A stretch of DNA of 48,408 nucleotides, taken from Candidatus Woesearchaeota archaeon. GTDB lineage: Archaea; Nanobdellota; Nanobdellia; Woesearchaeales; GW2011-AR9. The notes under the pieces are model-generated. The model ran no database searches. It was given only the letters and a program-made list of their open reading frames with translations, and was not told the DNA's origin. The stretch covers positions 1 through 48,408 of the forward strand of contig JAGVYX010000013.1 of NCBI GenBank assembly GCA_018303045.1. The letters run 5' to 3'. Each line of letters opens with the position of its first letter. The stretch's first letter is position 1. Position numbers and translations under genes: made by a program. Of the stretch, positions 1 to 9,011 are shown piece after piece.

Positions 1-383
1 CCTAAAGCAAACGGTTTAAGGCATTTAATAATATCTTCCTCAATTCCTCCGGCAGAAGTTACCAAAACTTGCGCTTTTTTATGTTTGGCTAAATAAGCAA
101 TAGCTTCCCTAACTCCTGAACTGATCATATTTGAGGTGAAAGATAAGAAAATTGTTGCTTTCTCTCTTTGCATAATTTTAGTTATTTCAATGCCTTCGGC
201 TAAATTGGTGGCTTGAAAACCGGTTGTGGAATAAGCCTGCAGGAATTCTTTTAAATTGAATCCTTCTTTTTGCGCTTTTTCAAAATCAAAGCCTTTAATT
301 TTTGGCGAACTTTCTAAAGTCATTAATTGTTTTACTGATTTGTACTGATGATGCTGTTCTTTAATGTTCTGTGGTTGTTTCAT
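1..383 (-). CDS. dys: deoxyhypusine synthase, N-terminal part (gene runs off the window start)
   Basis: My own minus-strand translation from the ATG at 383..381 gives MKQPQNIKEQHHQYKSVKQLMTLESSPKIKGFDFEKAQKEGFNLKEFLQAYSTTGFQATNLAEGIEITKIMQREKATIFLSFTSNMISSGVREAIAYLAKHKKAQVLVTSAGGIEEDIIKCL. The TGFQATNL, TSNMISSG and TSAGGIEEDIIKC blocks match the conserved DHS core. It is absent from the ORF track because it is truncated. Confidence 0.8.
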   Translation of the reverse strand, partial: MKQPQNIKEQHHQYKSVKQLMTLESSPKIKGFDFEKAQKEGFNLKEFLQAYSTTGFQATNLAEGIEITKIMQREKATIFLSFTSNMISSGVREAIAYLAKHKKAQVLVTSAGGIEEDIIKCLKPFAL

Positions 384-428
384 TTGTTTCTGATACCTCG
401 CCGCTTGCGGTGGTAGGGATTTTTATTG
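384..428. promoter_or_regulatory. conserved hairpin box (cttg loop) abutting the dys start codon; copy 1 of 2
   Basis: ttgtttctgatacctcgccgcttgcggtggtagggatttttattga is nearly collinear with 22032-22077. The flanks are identical and the stem sequence differs while pairing is kept. Confidence 0.45.
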
Positions 429-671
429 ATTTTGTTTTTAGGATGTAATTTTTTGAATTTAAACTGGTCTCTAAACCGGCAGCTTGCCAACTATTATAAA
501 CTAAGAAAAAGCGCTTCAACTTCCTGATTTGCGGACTGAATCCATATTTGTCTTAAATTAGAGATTACTTTTAAATGTTGCTCTCCATTTCTTAATTATG
601 AATAATTTCTTCATTCTGAATAAAAACCACTTTTCAGATACTTTTTTAAATTTTAGAATTATGCTGGATCT

Positions 672-2810
672 ATGAGAAAAAAGTGGTTTCTGCCGGCTTT
701 AGCCTTGGTTGCCTTAGCCATTGTTACTGTAATGGTTGTTTTAGGCATTAAGCTTTCAACACTCTCATCAGCCGTAACCGGAGCCGTTGTCGGCGCGGAA
801 GCTGCTGCGCTTCCGGTGAACTCTGAACGTATCTGGAAACTTGTTTTCAATGATTCTTTTGACCGCAACGACAGCAATCAGCTGGGCTATGGTTGGCTGG
901 AATTAGATGGCGCTGCTGCTGATGAAGATGAAGAAGAAGGTGATGAAGAAGGTGATGAAGAAGGTGATGAAGAAGATGATGATAAAGAGAATGACAATAA
1001 AAGTAAAGACGATAATGAAGGAAATGAGAACGATTCCAGCGCTGAGGATCTGGATGATCGGAGTATTGAACCAGTAATTATAGGCAATTCCAAATCTAAT
1101 TCCCAGTCCAATGCCAAAATCAAAAATCGTCGTCTAGTTTTTGATACTGATCGGGCTCGAAACAGGCCGTTAATCAGCCAGGCCCTTACACCACGCAGTT
1201 ATGGAGTTTTAAATTGGACTTTTACTTTTAATTTTAAGCAAACCAAGAAGGCTAAGGATTATGAATTGTGGCTGCAGTTGGGAGAAAATTCTACCCTGGC
1301 CTCGCCAGCCGACAGTGATTCCCATGGGGTAGCGGTTAACTTAAAATGGGGGGGGACGAAAAATGGCTTTGCTCATGAAGAAGGCTTTGGTTATGCTCAA
1401 GGAAATTCCACGGCTGAAATAGCCGTAATTAGCGGGGGAAACGCCTCCATTCAGGTTTTGATGTCATTAGATCATTCTATGTTTAATGTTAGCGTTAATG
1501 GCGCTCTGCTGGCTTCCAATGTTCCTTTTAACCAGAATACAGCTATTGATGCTTTAAGGATTTATGCTGATAAAATTAAGCAGGATAAATTCGCTCTGCG
1601 GGAAATAGACGATATAACGATCTACTATACTGAAGCTGTCCCTCCCCGGGCTGCTATTTTAACTGCGGCGGCTAGCCCTTTAAATGTTAGTTCAACCTTA
1701 GATTTAATAGTCAATGCCACCGATGATTCCGGCTTAGATTCAGTGTTAGCGTTAATTAACTACCCGAATCAGACGCAGATGTCTTTACCCTTGATCTTTT
1801 CTGGTTTATATTATAATGCTTCTTTAACCATTCCTAATCTGCAGGGTTTTTATAATATTTCTATTACAGCCAATGATCTGTTTAATAATATTAATAATAC
1901 TGCAAGGATTTCTTTCTTAGTCAATTCTACCGATGCTGATGCCGATGGAATTCCCGACGAGATAGACATGCTTCGCGGCAATTGGCAAGATATCAACAGC
2001 AGCGGGGTAACCAGCTTAAATGCGACGATTGATGGACAAAATGCCACCGGCAGTTTTAGCGGGGTTAAAGAAGTCCAGCTGCGCGACGGCCGGAATTTGC
2101 TGGTTAATTTCAGCTATAATTTTTCTCTAGGCCCATTGGATTTTAAAAAAATAAGCCTCCTCGCGGCTGCCGATTCGCTAATTATTAATTTAGGGCCGCA
2201 ATTTTCCGGCAGCAAAACTCTGCACTTGCCAGACAATAATTTTATCGGCTTATGCGTTAAAGATGTTGAAATTAGTTCTATCTCGGAAATAAGCTCTTTA
2301 TGCCAGGAAGCCCAGGAAATGGATTTTACTGGTTGCATAGGCAATTCTAGCGGAATTACTGTGCAAAATTATTCCTGCTTTGATGAAGGTTCTGTTTTTA
2401 AAATCACCGGCCTTAGGCATTCCGGCGTGAAGGGGTTAATCAGCGCAGAGGCACCGCCCAGTTCTTTCGGCGATGCCGGAGGCTCATCCGGATATGGGGC
2501 GCCTAATTCAGAAACTAGTTCAGAAGAAACGGCGGCTGTTGAATCGCCTTCAGAAACTACTCCTGCGCCAGGGCTAACCAACCTGCTGCCGCCATCTGAG
2601 AATGAGGTTTTGCCTGTTGTGGATGATAAGCCTGCTTTCAGCGCTCTTCCAACGGGAGCTATTGTTAACCCATTTCCCTCCAGAACGTTAACTGCTTACA
2701 TTCTGGATGCAGTGATGATTATTTCGATTTTGATAATCGTTTTTGTAGTAGTTTATTTCGCTAAATCTTCTAAAAAAAATCGAAAGACCAAAAAGGCCAG
2801 AAAACTTTAA
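672..2810 (+). CDS. membrane-anchored surface (S-layer-like) glycoprotein candidate
   Basis: 712 aa with an N-terminal TM/signal (FLPALALVALAIVTVMVVLGI). It has an acidic DEDEEEGDEEGDEEGDEEDDD tract and about 20 N-x-S/T sequons. The C-terminus is a TM (AYILDAVMIISILIIVFVVVYF) followed by a basic KKNRKTKKARKL tail. Confidence 0.6.
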   Translation: MRKKWFLPALALVALAIVTVMVVLGIKLSTLSSAVTGAVVGAEAAALPVNSERIWKLVFNDSFDRNDSNQLGYGWLELDGAAADEDEEEGDEEGDEEGDEEDDDKENDNKSKDDNEGNENDSSAEDLDDRSIEPVIIGNSKSNSQSNAKIKNRRLVFDTDRARNRPLISQALTPRSYGVLNWTFTFNFKQTKKAKDYELWLQLGENSTLASPADSDSHGVAVNLKWGGTKNGFAHEEGFGYAQGNSTAEIAVISGGNASIQVLMSLDHSMFNVSVNGALLASNVPFNQNTAIDALRIYADKIKQDKFALREIDDITIYYTEAVPPRAAILTAAASPLNVSSTLDLIVNATDDSGLDSVLALINYPNQTQMSLPLIFSGLYYNASLTIPNLQGFYNISITANDLFNNINNTARISFLVNSTDADADGIPDEIDMLRGNWQDINSSGVTSLNATIDGQNATGSFSGVKEVQLRDGRNLLVNFSYNFSLGPLDFKKISLLAAADSLIINLGPQFSGSKTLHLPDNNFIGLCVKDVEISSISEISSLCQEAQEMDFTGCIGNSSGITVQNYSCFDEGSVFKITGLRHSGVKGLISAEAPPSSFGDAGGSSGYGAPNSETSSEETAAVESPSETTPAPGLTNLLPPSENEVLPVVDDKPAFSALPTGAIVNPFPSRTLTAYILDAVMIISILIIVFVVVYFAKSSKKNRKTKKARKL
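933..980 (+). repeat. in-frame 12-nt tandem repeat (gaagaaggtgat x3 plus one degenerate unit) encoding (EEGD)n
   Basis: Direct reading of 933-980 shows three perfect units and one gaagaagatgat unit. Confidence 0.9.
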
Positions 2811-2835
2811 ATCATCTGGCGGTAAAACTATTAAA

Positions 2836-3642
2836 ATGAATCTTGTTGACGTTCATTGCCATTTGAACCATAACTTATTCAAGCCCGATTTAGATCAAGT
2901 TCTGGAACGAGCTAAAAAGGCCGGCTTGAAAGCTATCCTCTGTTCCGGCGTCAATCCAGCGGCTAATAAAGAAGTCCTGGCCCTAGCCGAAACAGATCCT
3001 TTAATCAAAGTTAGTTTAGGCATTTATCCCATTGACGCCTTGGGTTTAGCCGAAGCTGAAATCGGCTTGCCCCGGCAGGTGGTTCCTATTAATCTAGCAC
3101 AGGAATTTAAGTTTATGGAGAAGCATAAAGCCCAAGTTATAGCAATTGGCGAAGTAGGCATGGATTTTCACTGGGCGGATAAGGGAAAGACTTATCAGCA
3201 GCAAGCCGATAATTTTAGGCGGATCATTAAGTTTGCCCTCAAGTTAAAGAAGCCAATGGTGATTCATTCCCGCAAAGCGGAGAAAGAATGCCTGGAAATT
3301 TTGGAGCAGGAAATTAAAGATAAAGAAATACCCGTTGTTAATCATTGCTTTTCCGGCAAGAAAAACTTAATTAAGAAAGCCGCGGAACTGGGGCATTATT
3401 TTTCCATTCCGCCGAATATCTTACGATCTCACAGCTTCCAAACTTTAGTGAGAATGGTGGACTTAAAACAATTGTTAACGGAAACTGATGCGCCTTACCT
3501 CAGCCCTTTCCCCGAGCAAAGAAACGAACCGGCCTTTGTGGTGGAAACAATTAAGAAAATTGCGGAGATTAAGGAATTATCTGAGAAGGAAGTGGCTGAA
3601 CAGATTTGGCTGAATTATGAGAAGGTGTTTGTAAATCATTAA
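2836..3642 (+). CDS. tatD: TatD-family metal-dependent hydrolase/DNase
   Basis: The N-terminal VDVHCHLNH motif, GEVGMDFHW, VIHSR and ETDAPYL blocks are typical of the TatD family. Confidence 0.85.
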   Translation: MNLVDVHCHLNHNLFKPDLDQVLERAKKAGLKAILCSGVNPAANKEVLALAETDPLIKVSLGIYPIDALGLAEAEIGLPRQVVPINLAQEFKFMEKHKAQVIAIGEVGMDFHWADKGKTYQQQADNFRRIIKFALKLKKPMVIHSRKAEKECLEILEQEIKDKEIPVVNHCFSGKKNLIKKAAELGHYFSIPPNILRSHSFQTLVRMVDLKQLLTETDAPYLSPFPEQRNEPAFVVETIKKIAEIKELSEKEVAEQIWLNYEKVFVNH

Positions 3643-3651
3643 GGATAATTG

Positions 3652-3691
3652 TAGTATAGATAATTCTGATAATTAGAGCATATTTTTGCGG
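3652..3691 (+). promoter_or_regulatory. conserved ~38-nt box just after the tatD stop codon; copy 1 of 2
   Basis: tagtatagataattctgataattagagcatattttt matches 34435-34473 (tagtatagataattctgttaattagagcacatttt) at about 34 of 36 positions. Both boxes start 6-10 nt after a plus-strand stop codon and precede 200-270 nt of non-coding sequence. Confidence 0.5.
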
Positions 3692-3879
3692 TTGAATATA
3701 TCATCACTGAAAAAGCGGATAATGAAGGGAACGTAACTGTTACCCAAACAATCCGAAAGACCTATTCTCAAAACAGGGGTTAAACCTCTCTTCCGTGTAG
3801 AAAGCCAAGAGGGTGTGTATAAAGTAAGCCAAAATTAGGACTTTTTACACAAAGCCTATGAACAGCCAAAATAATTGTT

Positions 3880-5010
3880 TTGAAGGCATATCTTTTTATA
3901 TTTCCTCATCTAAAACTCCAGCTGATGGCCTCTTTTGCAGATTATTTAACGCAAGGATCGAAAGTTTTTCTCAGCAGTTTTAAGACCAGAATCAGCCCTA
4001 AAAAATATGAAGGGACTGCGGAACAAATCTGTGAACAAATAGTCCGGGATTGCTGGAACGGCCGCTATTTCCAGACGTCCAGGCAAAACTTTCCGGGATT
4101 CTGGACCAGAGATTTTGGCTGGTGCGCGCAGGCCTTATTGAAACATGATTATAAAACAGAGATAGACCAAACCCTGCGCTATGCTCTTAACCGGTTTAAG
4201 GAATCCGGAAAAATCACTGCCACGATTTCTCCAGAAGGCAAACCCTTTGATTTTCCTGCCGAGGCGGCAGATTCCTTGCCCTGGCTGATTCATGCCATTA
4301 AAATTTCCAAGTTTCATTATCTTCCGTATCAGCAATTCTTGAATAAGGAAATCCGGCGATTTTTCAAAGAGATTATCGAGGAGCAAACCGGGCTGGTTAC
4401 GCCCAAAAAACAGTTCTCTTCTATGAAGGATTTTGCGGTAAGAAAAAGTTCTTGCTATGATAATTCGATGGCGGGATTGCTGGCTAAAGACTTGGCGGGG
4501 ATGAAATTAATCAACCCTTTGGCTGAATTTAACTATTCGGATTTGTTAAAGCGCCATTTTTGGAGCGGCGAATTTTTCTTTGACGATCTGCGGAAGAAAA
4601 ATTATGTTGCCGGCGATGCCAATTTATTTCCGTTTATCTTAGGTTTAATTAAAGATAAGGAAATGATGGAATCAGCCATCAGGAAAATTCAGGAGAATGA
4701 ATTAGACCTGCCTTTCCCTTTGAAATACACTAAAACTGCCGATGGCGTTAAATTCATCTGGCAGGAAAAATTAGCGATGAAAGATTATGAAAGCAATGCC
4801 GTTTGGACGCACATGGGGCCCTTTTTTATTAAGCTGGTAAAGCATTTTGACAAGGAAAAAGCTAAGGAATATAAACAAGCTTATACGGAAATGATCGAGA
4901 AATACCAAGGTTATCCGGAAGTGCTTAACAGCAGCGGAAAACCGTTTCAAACATGGTTTTATTATTGCGATCGTTCCATGCTCTGGGCGGTTAATTATTT
5001 GGATATTTAG
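3880..5010 (+). CDS. putative six-hairpin (alpha/alpha)6 glycosidase-like protein
   Basis: The assignment rests on weak motif similarity only (FPGFWTRDFGW, an aromatic-rich C-terminus). The TTG start at 3880 is doubtful, and the ATG at 3925 (MASFADYL) is a likelier start. Confidence 0.4.
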   Translation: MKAYLFIFPHLKLQLMASFADYLTQGSKVFLSSFKTRISPKKYEGTAEQICEQIVRDCWNGRYFQTSRQNFPGFWTRDFGWCAQALLKHDYKTEIDQTLRYALNRFKESGKITATISPEGKPFDFPAEAADSLPWLIHAIKISKFHYLPYQQFLNKEIRRFFKEIIEEQTGLVTPKKQFSSMKDFAVRKSSCYDNSMAGLLAKDLAGMKLINPLAEFNYSDLLKRHFWSGEFFFDDLRKKNYVAGDANLFPFILGLIKDKEMMESAIRKIQENELDLPFPLKYTKTADGVKFIWQEKLAMKDYESNAVWTHMGPFFIKLVKHFDKEKAKEYKQAYTEMIEKYQGYPEVLNSSGKPFQTWFYYCDRSMLWAVNYLDI

Positions 5011-5083
5011 TTAGGTTAAACCAGTTATGTAATATGTTCATTCCAATATACAAATCCTTTAATATTATCTTTACTCAACTGGG

Positions 5084-5782
5084 GTGGTGGTTCCAAGAAT
5101 TTCTGTTATTATCCCCGCGCATAATGAAGAGAATTATCTTAGGTCAACCCTGCACGGCCTAAAACAACAAACCTTTCAGAACTTTGAGGCGATTGTAGTT
5201 GCCAACGGCTGTACGGATAAAACCGAAGAGATTGTTGGCAAGCGCATTAATGACCGGCTGCAGCTGTTAAAGATGCCTAAAGCTAATGTAAGTAGAGCCA
5301 GAAATCATGGAGCCAGCAAAGCTCAGGGGGAAATTCTGGTTTTTTTAGATGCAGATACGATTTTAGACGAAGATGCTTTACAAAAAATAAATTCGGTGTT
5401 TAACGAGAACTGTTCTGTCGCTACGACTAAAGTAAAGCCTGAGCCATCAAGCCCAGCGTTTAAATTACACAGCTTCATTAAAAATATCGCCAATAAAACC
5501 AAATTATACCAGGGCTGGGTCGGCGGGGTGCTAATTTGCCGAAAGAGGCATTTTGATGCCGTTAACGGCTATGACCATCAGCGAGAAATCCGTGAACAGA
5601 AAAATTTAATTTTAAAATTATTGCCTTATGGCAGGTATGCGCTGATAGATACTTATGCCACTACTTCCATGCGCCGGTTTCAGCAGTGGGGATTAGTTAG
5701 AAGCGCCGGGTTTTGGCTGAAGCAATTAGTTCTGGATCATTTCGGCGATATTACTAAAAGCAAATATGAAAAAGTAAGGTAA
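5084..5782 (+). CDS. family 2 glycosyltransferase
   Basis: ISVIIPAHNEENYL, the ARNHGA block and the FLDADT (DxD) motif are present. The start codon is GTG. Confidence 0.8.
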   Translation: MVVPRISVIIPAHNEENYLRSTLHGLKQQTFQNFEAIVVANGCTDKTEEIVGKRINDRLQLLKMPKANVSRARNHGASKAQGEILVFLDADTILDEDALQKINSVFNENCSVATTKVKPEPSSPAFKLHSFIKNIANKTKLYQGWVGGVLICRKRHFDAVNGYDHQREIREQKNLILKLLPYGRYALIDTYATTSMRRFQQWGLVRSAGFWLKQLVLDHFGDITKSKYEKVR

Positions 5783-5930
5783 GTTGAGGACATAAGATTG
5801 ATTTTTATAGTTTATCCAACAAATAACCACTAGCTTCGGGAATAAAATTACTCCAGAAAAACATTTAAATCAGAAAGCTAATTCCTTCCTATTTAAATAT
5901 TAAAGACCGCAAAAATTAAATGCTTTAAAT

Positions 5931-6308
5931 ATGATTACAGAAAAAAAATTCAAAACCTACAATTTCTTTGAACAAATAGATAAATTTGTTGAGTATACAA
6001 AAGAACTTAAAAATATTTCTGCAGACCTTCTAAATAAAGCCACGGCATTCTTTAATTTAATTAAAAAGGCCGACTTAAAACAATATCGCAAAATTGATGC
6101 AGATAAATCTTTCATTTTCATAAATGAAACAGATTTTGGATTAGAATTATTTTTATTTAACCAGCCTGAAAACAGAATTGTTTTTCATTTCGATAACAAT
6201 GAAACGACATTACTTTTCTATGAACAAAAAAAAATTCAAGATGGTTTGTTTGGACAAGGAGTGGCAGACAGTTGCGATTATTTATTAAAACATTTACAGA
6301 GTGTATAA
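5931..6308 (+). CDS. hypothetical protein
   Basis: 125-aa ORF with no motif I recognise. Confidence 0.45.
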   Translation: MITEKKFKTYNFFEQIDKFVEYTKELKNISADLLNKATAFFNLIKKADLKQYRKIDADKSFIFINETDFGLELFLFNQPENRIVFHFDNNETTLLFYEQKKIQDGLFGQGVADSCDYLLKHLQSV

Positions 6309-6348
6309 TACTTTTCATTGCAACACTGAACTGGAACACTCAAATTCA

Positions 6349-7029
6349 TTAGCAGCTTAAAGCAACTTCTCCGTCTTCCAAACAAACCAGCCGATTGTTG
6401 GAAATTTCGTAAGAATTAATATTAGGATTATCCACCCTGGCTTTGCAGCAAACGCTTCGGGCTAAGTTAAACGCAAATTCATCAAGGTCCTCTTTTAAAT
6501 CAGTTAATTTTTGTTCCGCTTCAGCAATTTTTTTATCTTTCTCTGCCAATTGCCGATTTACTGCTTCTGCAGCTGTAGTTTGCTGCTGCCGGCACTCCAC
6601 TAATTCCAGTTCTGCTTCATGTTTGACCGTTTCAATCTCCAGAGTTAAACCTTCTTTTTCAGATAAACAACTAGTAAGATCCCCCGTGGTGGTTTTTACT
6701 TCAGTCCAAACTTTATCATATACTTCCGAATATAATGACAAGTTGGCTTTAGTGGAAGCTAATTCCGTTCTTAACTCCTGCAGTGTTGCTCCCAATTCCG
6801 AAACGCTGATATTAGCGTTATCCACTTGCCTGACCACGCTATAGCCAATTAAGGCTGGCCTGATTACAAAAGCGCTGATTAAAACCAGAGCTAATAACAC
6901 TGAAATAATAATTACCCCCCGGCCAGCAGTATTTTTTCTTAGTAGGTTTCCCTGGTCCAGATTTTCAACTTTATCTTTAGCTGCCTCTTCTTTTTCCAAG
7001 CGCCTTCCTGGCGGAGTATCCCAGTCCAT
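6349..7029 (-). CDS. single-pass membrane protein with coiled-coil ectodomain and Cys-rich C-terminus
   Basis: It has a TM segment (VIIISVLLALVLISAFVI), heptad-like E/K/L-rich stretches, and a C-terminal CCKARVD...VCLEDGEVALSC. Confidence 0.55.
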   Translation of the reverse strand: MDWDTPPGRRLEKEEAAKDKVENLDQGNLLRKNTAGRGVIIISVLLALVLISAFVIRPALIGYSVVRQVDNANISVSELGATLQELRTELASTKANLSLYSEVYDKVWTEVKTTTGDLTSCLSEKEGLTLEIETVKHEAELELVECRQQQTTAAEAVNRQLAEKDKKIAEAEQKLTDLKEDLDEFAFNLARSVCCKARVDNPNINSYEISNNRLVCLEDGEVALSC

Positions 7030-7136
7030 GGTTTCCAGAAGATGCGCATCCTTTTAAAGTTGTTTTACCACTCTAGAAGTACAAATTGCTGATTTAATAA
7101 CTTTTATTAATTATTGCTTTCTAATTAAACTAATTA

Positions 7137-7703
7137 ATGATTGTTACAATTTCTGGCGACCCCGGCAGCGGCAAAAGCACTGTTGCGGAAATCTTAGCTA
7201 ACAAGTTTGAGGCTGAAAGAGTGTATGCCGGCGGCATTTTTAGGGAGATGGCTAAAGAAAAAGGAATGGCATTGGAAGAATTCCTTAAATATACTGAAAA
7301 CCATCCGGAGATTCACCGCCAAGTTGACGAAAGAATAAGAGAAAAAGCTCTGGAGATAGATCAAGAAGGACTAACAGCCATTGTTGAAGGCCGCGTTCAT
7401 TTTCATTTCCTGCCGAAATCCTTCAAAATTTTCCTAAAGGTTTCCCTTGATGAAGCCGCCAGAAGAATTTGGAAAGATCTAAATAATAAGGAAGCTTCTC
7501 TTTCCAGAAATGAGGAAGCCGTTAGTTCTCTCCAAGAACTGAAGAAAAAGATTAAACAGCGCATTAAAACCGACCAGGAGAGGTACAAGGAATTATACCA
7601 TATCGATATTCTGGATGAATCTCAATTTGATTTAGTTATTGACACCACCAATTTAACCCCAGATCGAGTTATACAGGAGATTCTGGATAATTTTCCATTA
7701 TGA
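7137..7703 (+). CDS. cmk: archaeal-type cytidylate (CMP) kinase
   Basis: A P-loop sits at the extreme N-terminus (MIVTISGDPGSGKST). The length of about 188 aa and the RE.SE..RYK-like block (DQERYKELYHIDI) match archaeal Cmk. Confidence 0.7.
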   Translation: MIVTISGDPGSGKSTVAEILANKFEAERVYAGGIFREMAKEKGMALEEFLKYTENHPEIHRQVDERIREKALEIDQEGLTAIVEGRVHFHFLPKSFKIFLKVSLDEAARRIWKDLNNKEASLSRNEEAVSSLQELKKKIKQRIKTDQERYKELYHIDILDESQFDLVIDTTNLTPDRVIQEILDNFPL

Positions 7704-8077
7704 AAGAATCGGTCCAAGAAACGCCAGCATTATATTCAGTCTCAGTCAAGGACAGATTTTGCATCAAGGCCGTTCGAGTGTGGAAGAACCCGGCCCATGC
7801 CCGACTGGAAATTAAGCCGATAAGAAAATCATCCCGTTATTCCTTGGAAAGACTAATTCTGGAAGGAGGGTATGCTAAATCGGTTTATCGAAAAGTTGGA
7901 AAATCCGGCAATTACAGTATAACGCCCCTGGACGATTTAGACAGTTTATTGAAAGAGTTAAAATATTTCGGCAAGAAATTTAAGGGCATTTTTGCAATAA
8001 ACCAGCAGCTTAATGAAGTTTATTTGAAAGATTATTTTTCGGATTTAAGCTATTACTGGAACAGAAAAATAATTTAG
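7700..8077 (+). CDS. hypothetical protein, translationally coupled to cmk (ATGA overlap)
   Basis: 125-aa ORF. Its last 22 codons plus the TAG stop are tandemly duplicated downstream. Confidence 0.5.
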   Translation: MKESVQETPALYSVSVKDRFCIKAVRVWKNPAHARLEIKPIRKSSRYSLERLILEGGYAKSVYRKVGKSGNYSITPLDDLDSLLKELKYFGKKFKGIFAINQQLNEVYLKDYFSDLSYYWNRKII

Positions 8078-8148
8078 GATAATGAAGTTTATTTGAAAGA
8101 TTATTTTTCGGATTTAGGCTATTGCTGGAAAAGAAAAATAATTTAGGA
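8011..8148 (+). repeat. 69-bp x2 tandem duplication spanning the gene 3' end and stop codon
   Basis: Copy 1 is 8011-8079 and copy 2 is 8080-8148, with 3 mismatches. The period is 23 codons, so copy 2 is in frame and ends in its own TAG at 8144-8146. Confidence 0.9.
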
Positions 8149-8241
8149 TCATCGTTCGTATATTGCGGCGGCGGGGGTAGTTGGAAATTTTATTTAACAC
8201 AACAAAAAAGCTTATAAATCATGCTCTAAACAAGTTGAATT

Positions 8242-8931
8242 ATGTCTGAGACTATCGAAAAACATGATTTTATTGAACTGAATTATACCGGCCGGTTAAC
8301 TGACGGCACGGTCTTTGACACTACCGAAAAGACGGTCGCTGAACAGAATAATCTGCCTACCCAGGGAATGATCTTTGCTTCGCAGATTATTTGTATTGGG
8401 GAAAACCAGGTTTTGCCCGGGCTGGATAAAGAATTGGTTGGCAAAGAAGTGGGCCAGGAATATGAAATTACCCTCTCGGCTGAACAGGCTTTTGGCAAAC
8501 GCGATATCAAGAAAATGAAAATCGTGCCGATGAGCACCTTTATTGAGCATAAAGTCCAGCCGCAGCCGGGGCTGCAAATTGATGTGGATGGCGAGCGGGG
8601 CATTGTCGCCCGTGTTTCAGGAGGAAGAATCATTGTTAATTTCAATCATCCGCTGGCTGGCCGAGAAGTAATGTATTCTTTTAAAATAGTCAGGAAAATT
8701 ACTGATGCCAGTGAAAAAGTTAAATCTTACCTTGGTAATGTGTTAAGAATTCCTCGGGAAAAAGTGGAAGTGAAGGTTGCTGATAATCAAGTTGAAATTA
8801 CTTTGCCAGTAGATTTTCCCGCAGTTTTAACTGATTTGCTAACCAAAAAACTGCTGGAAGTAACGGGCGTTAAGGAAGTTCTGTTTAAGAAAAAGGAAGT
8901 AAAAGCGGAAGAGAAGCCGGCTGGTAAATAA
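8242..8931 (+). CDS. FKBP-type peptidyl-prolyl cis-trans isomerase (long archaeal type)
   Basis: The N-terminal FIELNYTGRLTDGTVFDTT, the LPGLDKELVGKEVG block, and NHPLAGREVMYSF are characteristic of FKBP/SlyD-like PPIases. Confidence 0.8.
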   Translation: MSETIEKHDFIELNYTGRLTDGTVFDTTEKTVAEQNNLPTQGMIFASQIICIGENQVLPGLDKELVGKEVGQEYEITLSAEQAFGKRDIKKMKIVPMSTFIEHKVQPQPGLQIDVDGERGIVARVSGGRIIVNFNHPLAGREVMYSFKIVRKITDASEKVKSYLGNVLRIPREKVEVKVADNQVEITLPVDFPAVLTDLLTKKLLEVTGVKEVLFKKKEVKAEEKPAGK

Positions 8932-9011
8932 TTATTAAACCTTATTTTTAATCATAATAATCTTTATATATCTTCAAGATGCCTCCCTTCCAGAGAAAGG
9001 GGGGGTAAGAT

